Shown here: in pieces, positions 17,971-23,837 of the stretch
How positions within the stretch are numbered: the stretch's first letter is position 1
Layout of the letters: every line of letters begins with the position of its first letter
From: Escherichia phage vB_EcoM_LNA4
Sequence record: MZ311864.1
Strand: one strand, 5' to 3'
DNA: 64,000 nt
Program-made: the position numbers and the translations under genes
Notes under the pieces: model-generated
What the model saw: only the letters and a program-made list of their open reading frames with translations
The model's database searches: none
Told to the model about the DNA's origin: nothing

Positions 17971-18084
17971 TTTTTTGGAATGAGAGAGATACGGGTTCGA
18001 CTCCCGTTCTTGCTGGCCCGGCTCGCGTAATGGCGCAGGGCGATAGCTTAAATGGACGAAAGTGCTCTTGTTTCAAAAAACTTC

Positions 18085-18113
18085 TTGACAATGAAATTTT
18101 TAAAGTGTAGTAT
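18085..18113 (+). promoter_or_regulatory. sigma70-like promoter TTGACA-N17-TAGTAT
   Basis: -35 at 18085-18090, -10 at 18108-18113; upstream of the ORF at 18145. Confidence 0.5.
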
Positions 18114-18144
18114 CACAACTCAATTTTACGCAAAGGAGAACTTA

Positions 18145-18756
18145 ATGTCTGATTCTAAAACTGTAATTTCTGTAACTGAACGCGCTACCAAAGCTGTTGC
18201 AACTGCTGCAACTGGCCTGAGTAAGGTTGTTGCTGAACTGCAATCTCTGGCTGAAGGCTCTGAACGTATCAGTCAAGAAATTCAGTTCAAACAGCAAGAG
18301 CTTGGCAATATCGAAGTCCAGTTCAATGAAAAACTGGCTGAAGAAAAATCTAAGCTGAAGATCAAAGTTCTTGAAAATGAAGACGGTGTACTGAACACCC
18401 TTCTGAAGGCTCGTGGCCTTGTAGCTATCGAACCGGGTGTTGTAGATGGTCTGCGTCACGAACTGGCTGTCGCTCAGTCTGGCAATGAAGATGCGATCAA
18501 TACAGCAGTTGATGCTGCAAAACGTTCTGCTGCTATCGAACTGAACGCTGTTAAGTCCAATCTGGAATCAGCACACAAAGTTGCGATTGCTGAACTGAAC
18601 GCCAATACCAAGGCAGACAAAGATCGTATCGCAATGCTGACCGAACAGCTTGAAGCTGCCCGTGCAGACCTGAAAGCAGAACGCGAAACCCGTCTGGAAA
18701 TCGCTAAAGCTGATGCGAACCGCCAGGGTGTTGTAGTTAACACTGGTAAAAACTAA
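18145..18756 (+). CDS. coiled-coil hypothetical protein
   Basis: Track ORF trimmed to ATG 18145 with AAAGGAG Shine-Dalgarno; Ala/Glu/Lys-rich heptad-like sequence. Confidence 0.5.
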   Translation: MSDSKTVISVTERATKAVATAATGLSKVVAELQSLAEGSERISQEIQFKQQELGNIEVQFNEKLAEEKSKLKIKVLENEDGVLNTLLKARGLVAIEPGVVDGLRHELAVAQSGNEDAINTAVDAAKRSAAIELNAVKSNLESAHKVAIAELNANTKADKDRIAMLTEQLEAARADLKAERETRLEIAKADANRQGVVVNTGKN

Positions 18757-18765
18757 TACCGCCGT

Positions 18766-18783
18766 GCCGACACGGATGTCGGC
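18766..18783 (+). terminator. GC hairpin (terminator-like, no T-run)
   Basis: GCCGACA-CGGA-TGTCGGC immediately after the stop at 18756. Confidence 0.3.
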
Positions 18784-18833
18784 AAACATTTGAAGTACAT
18801 TTAAAATTTAAAGTTCATTGAGAGGAGAATTAT

Positions 18834-19481
18834 ATGTCTACTAAGATTTCTGTAACCCGCGCTCTGGCAACTCTGACCAAGATCGAGGGCAAGATCGAAA
18901 AGCGTATCGACCAGTTGAACACTGTTCAGATCGCAAAAGGGACGGAAGATCACCGTTCGATCCCAGGTTCTCTGGTTAGCATTGCTGACTTCGAGACTTC
19001 TGCTAAGGCAGACTTCCAAGGCCTGAAAGACCTGCTGGCAGTACGTGATGAACTGAAGGCGAAAGTTGTTCAGTCCAACGCAGTAACTCTGGTCACCGTT
19101 GGTGGTAAAGAGATGACAGTTGCTCAGGCAATTGAAGGCAAGCGCACAGTTGCTTACAAAGAACTGCTCCTGTCCAAGCTGAAAGCGCAGTACAACTTCG
19201 CTCAGAAGCGCCTTGATAAAGAAGTCGCTGACTTCGAAACCAAGCTGGAACAGGCCCGTGCTCCGTACATCAGTCGTGACAAAGCGCCTGATCCAGAGCA
19301 GATTAAGACGGTAGAAGGTCCGACCCGTCTGATGAGCACACCGTCTATCGTTGACCCGCTGGGTCTGGCAGACGTAATCCGAAATCTGGAGACAGAGATC
19401 GAAGACTTCAAATCCAACGTTGACTTTGTGTTGTCCGAGTCTAACGCACGGACTGAAGTGGAGATTGAGGGATCAATCTAA
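18834..19481 (+). CDS. hypothetical protein
   Basis: 215-aa ORF with GAGAGGAG Shine-Dalgarno. Confidence 0.5.
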   Translation: MSTKISVTRALATLTKIEGKIEKRIDQLNTVQIAKGTEDHRSIPGSLVSIADFETSAKADFQGLKDLLAVRDELKAKVVQSNAVTLVTVGGKEMTVAQAIEGKRTVAYKELLLSKLKAQYNFAQKRLDKEVADFETKLEQARAPYISRDKAPDPEQIKTVEGPTRLMSTPSIVDPLGLADVIRNLETEIEDFKSNVDFVLSESNARTEVEIEGSI

Positions 19482-19489
19482 AATAACTT

Positions 19490-19521
19490 GAGGAATTATG
19501 AAAAACATCTTGTAATTCCTC
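19490..19521 (+). terminator. hairpin GAGGAATTA/TAATTCCTC (terminator-like)
   Basis: 9-bp inverted repeat with a 14-nt loop, 9 nt after the stop at 19481. Confidence 0.3.
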
Positions 19522-19697
19522 TCGTTAACTGATAAAGTTTCAAAATGCTGTTTTTTGGTTAGCGAAGTTGGAAACATCTTGCCTCTACCGAGGCCGGAGG
19601 TTAAACTGCCTCGAACTTAATCATAAGGATGATACTTAACGTATGTTTCCGCAGACCACAACTCTGCCGAAAATATCGAATCGCGAATTCGAAAGAC

Positions 19698-19739
19698 TTC
19701 AAAGTTCAACATTCAAAGATTAAAGTTCAAAGCTTAATG
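19698..19739 (+). repeat. three tandem 14-bp units, each starting TTCAAAG
   Basis: TTCAAAG at 19698, 19712 and 19726 (14-bp period) within a 340-bp ORF-free region. Confidence 0.4.
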
Positions 19740-19868
19740 TTTAAACTTGAAACTTCTAAACCACAAAGCTAAAATTTCGTTGATTATTAAAATCCTGGGT
19801 CAAAGGTCCTTAGCTCACAAGATATGGCTAACCACACCTCCGGGCAGTTAATCGGAAACAGCATTCTT

Positions 19869-19943
19869 GCTCCTAAAGCATAAGTGGCGATGCAGCGGCC
19901 TTGTAAGCCGAGGAAGTGGGTTCGATTCCTACTGGGAGCACCA
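19869..19943 (+). tRNA. tRNA-Thr (TGT)
   Basis: Acceptor GCTCCTA/TGGGAGC, anticodon loop CTTGTAA, T-loop GGGTTCGATTCC, CCA encoded. Confidence 0.6.
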
Positions 19944-19949
19944 AACAAT

Positions 19950-20023
19950 TCGTTGATAGCCTTAGCGGTAAAGGCCCCCTCTGCGCAAGGGGTTCAGTGG
20001 TTCGAATCCACTTCAGCGAGCCA
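19950..20023 (+). tRNA. tRNA-like element, non-canonical (anticodon-position GCG, C37, 3-nt variable loop); possible pseudo-tRNA
   Basis: Good acceptor stem, T-arm AGTGGTTCGAATCCACT and CCA, but the anticodon loop CTGCGCA and D/variable regions are atypical. Confidence 0.3.
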
Positions 20024-20025
20024 AT

Positions 20026-20134
20026 GCAGGGTAGGCGGTTTGTCAACCGCGAGGTCCATCCAGACCTGAAAATAGCTCTCGGCTTGGAGTGGAGAGTGAA
20101 TACATAGGTGGTTAGATTCCACCACCCTGCTCCA
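20026..20134 (+). tRNA. tRNA-like element with a 38-nt insertion between anticodon arm and T-arm
   Basis: 7-bp acceptor GCAGGGT/ACCCTGC, D-stem GCGG/CCGC, anticodon arm AGGTC-CATCCAG-GACCT, T-arm GGTGG-TTAGATT-CCACC and CCA; far too long for a standard tRNA. Confidence 0.25.
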
Positions 20135-20325
20135 AAACATATTTTAAAGTGCATTAGCTCAGATTATTTGATTCACGGACTGATCATCTGTGAGGAGAAT
20201 GAGCCTAACTGAATGGAGTTTCAACGACAAAGGCCACGTTGTTGTAACAGAAGTTCTAAGGTCGTAGAGCGCTGTTCGCGGAGAACAGAGGTCGGTGGAG
20301 TCACCATGCAGCTTAAAATATGTTT

Positions 20326-20403
20326 GCGCTCTTGGTCCAATCTGGTAGAGGCATGGGTGTTAAGCTCCCAGGGTTCCCGGTTCGAGTCCGGGAGGGCGCA
20401 CCA
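20326..20403 (+). tRNA. tRNA with anticodon TAA (Leu-type) in a short-variable-arm scaffold
   Basis: Acceptor GCGCTCT/AGGGCGC, T-arm CCCGG-TTCGAGT-CCGGG, CCA; anticodon stem has a closing mismatch, loop GTTAAGC. Confidence 0.4.
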
Positions 20404-20406
20404 GAA

Positions 20407-20481
20407 CGGGGTATAGTCTAGAGGATAGGCAGGAGTCTTCTAAACTCCTTTACGTAGGTTCGAATCCTACTACCTCGACCA
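20407..20481 (+). tRNA. tRNA-Arg (TCT)
   Basis: Canonical cloverleaf; anticodon loop CTTCTAA; T-loop GGTTCGAATCC; CCA. Confidence 0.65.
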
Positions 20482-20486
20482 CTTAT

Positions 20487-20560
20487 GCGCGGTTGCTGGA
20501 GTGGCAACAGCTTCGGCTGCAAACCGAATGTCAGGTGTTCGATTCACCTACCGTGCTCCA
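20487..20560 (+). tRNA. tRNA-Cys (GCA)
   Basis: Anticodon arm TTCGG-CTGCAAA-CCGAA; T-arm AGGTG-TTCGATT-CACCT; CCA. Confidence 0.6.
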
Positions 20561-20599
20561 AGTTGTTGATATTTTTTGCTATAAATGATAAAATAACCC

Positions 20600-20628
20600 T
20601 TGACAGAGATATTGAACTCTGATAACAT
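20600..20628 (+). promoter_or_regulatory. sigma70-like promoter TTGACA-N17-TAACAT
   Basis: -35 at 20600-20605, -10 at 20623-20628; upstream of the ORF at 20647. Confidence 0.45.
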
Positions 20629-20646
20629 GAATAAGTGGGGTTAATT

Positions 20647-21012
20647 ATGGCAACAAAACAAGCACTTACCAAGCGTCGTAGAGGTAAGGGTCGTCCTTTA
20701 AAAGAGGAGTCTAACGCAATTCAGCTTGAGAAGAACATTCTTGATCTGAAAACAAAGATGATTGCTATGATCCCTGATGCACATATGGTCCTTCGTGATC
20801 TTATGATGAACAAGGATACTAAAGACAACATCCGTGAGAATATTGCTCGTTTCGTTATTGAGGAAGGTAAGCAAATGCTTTCTGATTACTTCGATGAAGA
20901 GAACGAAAATGAAGAAGAAACAAAGAACGTCGATGATGGTTCCGGAAAGGGCGCTGATAAACCAGTAGCAAAACCTTTCTCAACTGACATCGTACAGTTC
21001 AAACAAGGTTAA
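20647..21012 (+). CDS. hypothetical protein with basic N-terminus
   Basis: Track ORF trimmed to ATG 20647; TKRRRGKGRP basic segment, acidic C-terminal half. Confidence 0.45.
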   Translation: MATKQALTKRRRGKGRPLKEESNAIQLEKNILDLKTKMIAMIPDAHMVLRDLMMNKDTKDNIRENIARFVIEEGKQMLSDYFDEENENEEETKNVDDGSGKGADKPVAKPFSTDIVQFKQG

Positions 21013-21014
21013 TT

Positions 21015-21102
21015 GGGGCGGTTCCCGGAGCGGCAAACGGGCGGGATTGTAAATCCCTTGGCATCGCGTCCTTCGTAGGTTCGAGTCCTACTCGCCCCAC
21101 CA
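21015..21102 (+). tRNA. tRNA-Tyr (GTA), long variable arm
   Basis: Acceptor GGGGCGG/TCGCCCC, anticodon loop TTGTAAA, 17-nt variable arm, T-arm GTAGG-TTCGAGT-CCTAC, CCA. Confidence 0.55.
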
Positions 21103-21108
21103 ATTAAC

Positions 21109-21183
21109 GGGAGTATAGCTCAGTGGTAGAGCAAACGGTCGATAACCGTTAGGTCGCTGGTTCAAGCCCAGCTACTCCCACCA
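21109..21183 (+). tRNA. tRNA-Ile (GAT) with C33
   Basis: Canonical arms (GCTCAGTGGTAGAGC D-arm); anticodon loop TCGATAA has C at position 33. Confidence 0.5.
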
Positions 21184-21189
21184 ATTTAA

Positions 21190-21263
21190 GCGGTTAAGCA
21201 CAAGGTGTGTCGCAGGCCTTCCAAGCCTCGCAGAGTAGGGTTCGATTCCCTCTAACCGCTCCA
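21190..21263 (+). tRNA. tRNA-Gly (TCC)
   Basis: Acceptor GCGGTTA/TAACCGC; anticodon loop CTTCCAA; short D-arm; CCA. Confidence 0.55.
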
Positions 21264-21270
21264 AATAAAT

Positions 21271-21346
21271 GCTCCTATCGGCTAAACGGTCAGGCCGCCA
21301 GACTTTCAATCTGGAAATCCGAGTTCGATTCTCGGTGGGAGTGCCA
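21271..21346 (+). tRNA. tRNA-Glu (TTC)
   Basis: Anticodon arm CCAGA-CTTTCAA-TCTGG; T-arm CCGAG-TTCGATT-CTCGG; CCA. Confidence 0.6.
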
Positions 21347-21353
21347 AATTTGT

Positions 21354-21430
21354 AGGGACTTAGCACAATTGGCTAGTGCAGCGGATTCCAAATCCGCAGG
21401 TTCTGGGTTCGAATCCCAGGGTCCCTGCCA
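21354..21430 (+). tRNA. tRNA-Trp (CCA)
   Basis: Anticodon arm GCGGA-TTCCAAA-TCCGC; T-arm CTGGG-TTCGAAT-CCCAG; CCA. Confidence 0.6.
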
Positions 21431-21435
21431 GTTTT

Positions 21436-21511
21436 AGGAGGATGGTGTAATTGGTTAGCACACGGGGCTTTGATCTCCGGAGTTAGGGTTCGAGTCCTTA
21501 TCTTCCTGCCA
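21436..21511 (+). tRNA. tRNA-Gln (TTG)
   Basis: Anticodon loop CTTTGAT; T-arm TAGGG-TTCGAGT-CCTTA; CCA. Confidence 0.55.
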
Positions 21512-21625
21512 AGTTTGAGTGTTTTTATTTGAAAGCACTCATGCGTGGCCTAAGCATTTATCAGATGATGTTCAACCTGTGACGTTGAGGAAGTGGGAGC
21601 GATACCCACAGGTCACCCCAATTTT

Positions 21626-21718
21626 GGTGGAATGGTCGAGCGGTTTAAGACAGCACCTTGGAAAGGTGTCGGCCCCTTCAAACGGGGTCCGTAGGTTCGA
21701 ATCCTACTTCCACCGCCA
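21626..21718 (+). tRNA. tRNA-Ser (GGA), long variable arm
   Basis: Acceptor GGTGGAA/TTCCACC, anticodon loop TTGGAAA, ~21-nt variable arm, T-loop GGTTCGAATCC, CCA. Confidence 0.6.
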
Positions 21719-21732
21719 CTTTAGGAGATATT

Positions 21733-21888
21733 ATGCAGAAACTTTTGCGTTGTAAAAAGGTATTTGGACGCTGTAAGATTCACGGTAGTAACTGTGGTGT
21801 TGCAGATGAAATTCAATCAATCCCTATTACTCGTGCGAAAGAAAAAGCAGATCTTCGTAAAGAAATTAAAGAACAATTGGAAGATTAA
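21733..21888 (+). CDS. small Cys-rich hypothetical protein
   Basis: 51-aa ORF (track ORF trimmed to ATG 21733, AGGAG Shine-Dalgarno); its last codons overlap the 5' end of the next tRNA. Confidence 0.35.
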   Translation: MQKLLRCKKVFGRCKIHGSNCGVADEIQSIPITRAKEKADLRKEIKEQLED

Positions 21889-21969
21889 CCCTAACGGTAA
21901 GGGATCTCTTTGCTAAAGAGACAGTAGCCCCTGAAAAGGGGTGTGTCAGTTCAAGTCTGACATCTTCCT
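21879..21969 (+). tRNA. tRNA-Ser (GCT), long variable arm, CCA not fully encoded
   Basis: Acceptor GGAAGAT/ATCTTCC, anticodon arm TCTCT-TTGCTAA-AGAGA, variable arm with CCCC/GGGG stem, T-arm GTCAG-TTCAAGT-CTGAC. Confidence 0.5.
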
Positions 21970-21971
21970 CC

Positions 21972-22060
21972 GGAGAGCAGGCTGCATGGTGCAGACTCCG
22001 GTTTGAACCCGGTCCCATCGTAGCGATACGGTGACAGTTCGATTCTGTTGCTCTCCTCCA
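21972..22060 (+). tRNA. tRNA-Ser (TGA), long variable arm
   Basis: Acceptor GGAGAGC/GCTCTCC, anticodon loop TTTGAAC, long variable arm, T-loop AGTTCGATTCT, CCA. Confidence 0.5.
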
Positions 22061-22065
22061 AATAT

Positions 22066-22152
22066 GGGTTGGTAGCCAAGCGGCGACGTATGTCTAAGGC
22101 ACTCGACTTTTAATCGAGGGATCGTTGGGTTCGAATCCCACCCGACCCACCA
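22066..22152 (+). tRNA. tRNA-Lys (TTT) with expanded D region
   Basis: Acceptor GGGTTGG/CCGACCC, canonical anticodon arm CTCGA-CTTTTAA-TCGAG, T-loop GGGTTCGAATCCC, CCA; about 10 extra nt in the D region. Confidence 0.45.
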
Positions 22153-22157
22153 TACAA

Positions 22158-22260
22158 CGGGACGATAGTTTAATGAGGCTGGAAATGCGACGGCAACCAG
22201 CGGAGCAGAATGACGGGCATCCAGGACCGTAGGTGAGGTGCAAACCCTCAGATCCCGCCA
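22158..22260 (+). ncRNA. structured tRNA-like element (unclassified)
   Basis: 5' CGGGA pairs with 3' TCCCG followed by CCA; internal hairpins including TGAGG-TGCAAAC-CCTCA; not foldable into a standard cloverleaf by hand. Confidence 0.2.
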
Positions 22261-22321
22261 AATTGAAATAAGTTAAAATAATCCTTGCAAAAGATTGTTT
22301 TCACTGATAAAGTAATTACAT

Positions 22322-22410
22322 GGTTCTTTGACCGAGAGGCCGATGGTAGCAGGCTGTTAACCTGCCTGGAGTAATCCACGACGAAGGTTCGAATCCTTCA
22401 GGAACCGCCA
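22322..22410 (+). tRNA. type-II (Tyr-like scaffold) tRNA with anticodon GTT and discriminator G73 (candidate Asn decoder)
   Basis: Acceptor GGTTCTT/AGGAACC, Tyr-like D region CCGAGAGGCCGATGGTA, anticodon arm GCAGG-CTGTTAA-CCTGC, 17-nt variable arm, T-loop GGTTCGAATCC, G73-CCA. Confidence 0.45.
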
Positions 22411-22453
22411 AATTAGGTGATACGCTACCTTAAGTGCGAACTTGAAAATTAAT

Positions 22454-22530
22454 GGGGCCGTGGCTGACAAGGTAATGGTGCCGCACTGTCTATGCGGAAA
22501 ATGAGGGTTCGATCCCCTTCGGTCTCGCCA
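22454..22530 (+). tRNA. tRNA-Asp (GTC)
   Basis: Acceptor GGGGCCG/CGGTCTC (with G-U pairs), anticodon arm CCGCA-CTGTCTA-TGCGG, T-loop GGGTTCGATCCCC, CCA. Confidence 0.5.
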
Positions 22531-22713
22531 ATTTGATATGTTGATGTAAATTGCCGGAAGGCACTCAAAATGAGTTCGACATATCAAACCAAATACGCTC
22601 TTGCAGGAAAGGTTAGCCTCCCTGCAATGTCACACTAGGTGATCAGAGCGGATCAAATTAGCTAGCCAGCGATACCAGTTGCAGTGTCTGGGACAATTAA
22701 AATTCTGCACCTT

Positions 22714-22791
22714 CGGAGCGTAGCGCAGTCTGGTCAGCGTGGGAGCCTTGGATGCTCTGGGTCGCAGGTTCGAATCCTGCCGCTCCGACCA
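22714..22791 (+). tRNA. tRNA-Pro (TGG)
   Basis: Acceptor CGGAGCG/CGCTCCG, anticodon loop CTTGGAT, T-loop GGTTCGAATCC, CCA. Confidence 0.6.
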
Positions 22792-22796
22792 ATTTA

Positions 22797-22872
22797 GCAG
22801 GTATAGTTCAACTGGACAGAGCATCAGTTTACGAAGCTGAGAATCGGGGTTCGAATCCCTGTATCTGCACCA
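22797..22872 (+). tRNA. tRNA-Arg (ACG)
   Basis: Acceptor GCAGGTA/TATCTGC, anticodon arm TCAGT-TTACGAA-GCTGA, T-loop GGGGTTCGAATCCCT, CCA. Confidence 0.6.
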
Positions 22873-22907
22873 AATTAAGGCTTGGATTTCTTCGGACCCA
22901 AGCGCAC

Positions 22908-22984
22908 GGGCGATTGATGGAATTGGTATACGTGTCGGATTTAGATTCCGAATTTTGGGGGTTCGAGTCCCCTGTCGCCCACCA
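22908..22984 (+). tRNA. tRNA with anticodon TAG (Leu-type) in a short-variable-arm scaffold
   Basis: Acceptor GGGCGAT/GTCGCCC, anticodon arm TCGGA-TTTAGAT-TCCGA, 5-nt variable loop, T-loop GGGGGTTCGAGTCCCCT, A73-CCA. Confidence 0.5.
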
Positions 22985-22991
22985 ATCCTTC

Positions 22992-23067
22992 GGGACTGTA
23001 GCTCAGTTGGTAGAGCACCTGATTGAAGATCAGGGTGTCGGTGGTTCGAATCCACTCGGTCCCGCCA
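22992..23067 (+). tRNA. tRNA-Phe (GAA)
   Basis: Textbook cloverleaf: D-arm GCTCAGTTGGTAGAGC, anticodon arm CCTGA-TTGAAGA-TCAGG, T-loop GGTTCGAATCC, CCA. Confidence 0.7.
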
Positions 23068-23073
23068 AATAAT

Positions 23074-23146
23074 TGCGAGCTAGAATTCTGGTGAATTCAC
23101 GAGTCTCATAAGCTTGTTCAGAGGGGTTCGATTCCGCTGCTCGCAA
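23074..23146 (+). tRNA. tRNA-Met/Ile2 (CAT), CCA not encoded
   Basis: Acceptor TGCGAGC/GCTCGCA, D-arm GAAT/ATTC, anticodon loop CTCATAA, T-loop GGGGTTCGATTCC. Confidence 0.5.
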
Positions 23147-23163
23147 CTAACAGAGGACTTAAT

Positions 23164-23628
23164 GTGAAGATTTGTGGCAAGTGCAAAATAGAAAAAGACT
23201 TTGACCAGTTCCATAAGAAAGGAAAAGGTTATAATCATATTTGCAAAGTTTGCCGCAAAGAGTACATTAAGGATCACTACGAGAAGAACAAAGACGCTTA
23301 CAAGTCAAGATCTAAATCGTGGAAAGAAAACAATCCTCATCGTGTTATAGCTACACGATATGGTGTTGACGAAGATGTTGTTAAAGAAATAATGTCTGTC
23401 GGTAAATGCCAAATTTGCTCATCAACTGAAAACCTCGTGTTCGACCATGTTCACAAAACAAGCGAGCCTAGAGGTTGTTTGTGTCACTCATGCAATACAA
23501 TGCTTGGTCGTCTTGGTGATACTGAAGAACAAATCTTTAAGCGTATGGAAGCTATAAAATCTTATCTTACGCATCCAAAACAATGGGGTATCCAGGAACA
23601 GTCCTGCACCGTAAGTGTCCCTCAGTAG
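23164..23628 (+). CDS. HNH endonuclease (endonuclease VII-type motif), possible homing endonuclease
   Basis: GTG start; CGKCK...CKVC zinc-finger-like N-terminus and VFDHVHKTSEPRGCLCHSCNTMLG core. Confidence 0.5.
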   Translation: MKICGKCKIEKDFDQFHKKGKGYNHICKVCRKEYIKDHYEKNKDAYKSRSKSWKENNPHRVIATRYGVDEDVVKEIMSVGKCQICSSTENLVFDHVHKTSEPRGCLCHSCNTMLGRLGDTEEQIFKRMEAIKSYLTHPKQWGIQEQSCTVSVPQ

Positions 23629-23767
23629 GGAACACCCCACCAATTCAAAGTGGACACTAAGGAAGGTTTCGGCTGTGGAAACGGTTAGACACCCTCGACG
23701 AGTAAAATCCCTTCGCCACTTTTCATATTCTAATAATAATAAATATTCAATCTCCTCTCCTTTGCCT

Positions 23768-23797
23768 CGCCCCGCTCTTGCGGGGCTTTTCTTTTTC
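23768..23797 (+). terminator. rho-independent terminator
   Basis: CCCCGC-TCTT-GCGGGG hairpin followed by CTTTTCTTTTTC. Confidence 0.6.
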
Positions 23798-23837
23798 TGG
23801 TACACTCCAATGGTTAACTAAACCAAAGGAGAAAACC

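Noticed and set aside
18052-18144. Upstream start of the coiled-coil ORF at 18052
   Set aside because: The 5' extension overlaps the TTGACA-N17-TAGTAT promoter; the ATG at 18145 has an AAAGGAG Shine-Dalgarno.
20026-20134. Group I intron inside the long tRNA-like element
   Set aside because: The 38-nt insertion is far shorter than known self-splicing introns and sits in the variable region rather than the anticodon loop; an insertion or degenerate tRNA is more parsimonious.
19884-21437. Track ORFs overlapping tRNA genes (19884-20069, 19916-20107, 20213-20416, 21207-21437 and similar)
   Set aside because: Their reading frames run through tRNA cloverleaves and start with GTG/TTG without ribosome-binding sites; they are GC-rich tRNA sequence translated by chance.
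17029-23146. CRISPR array or integration hot-spot in the tRNA region
   Set aside because: The repeated elements are individually distinct tRNA cloverleaves; no direct repeats with unique spacers, no integrase or attachment-site-like duplication in the window.
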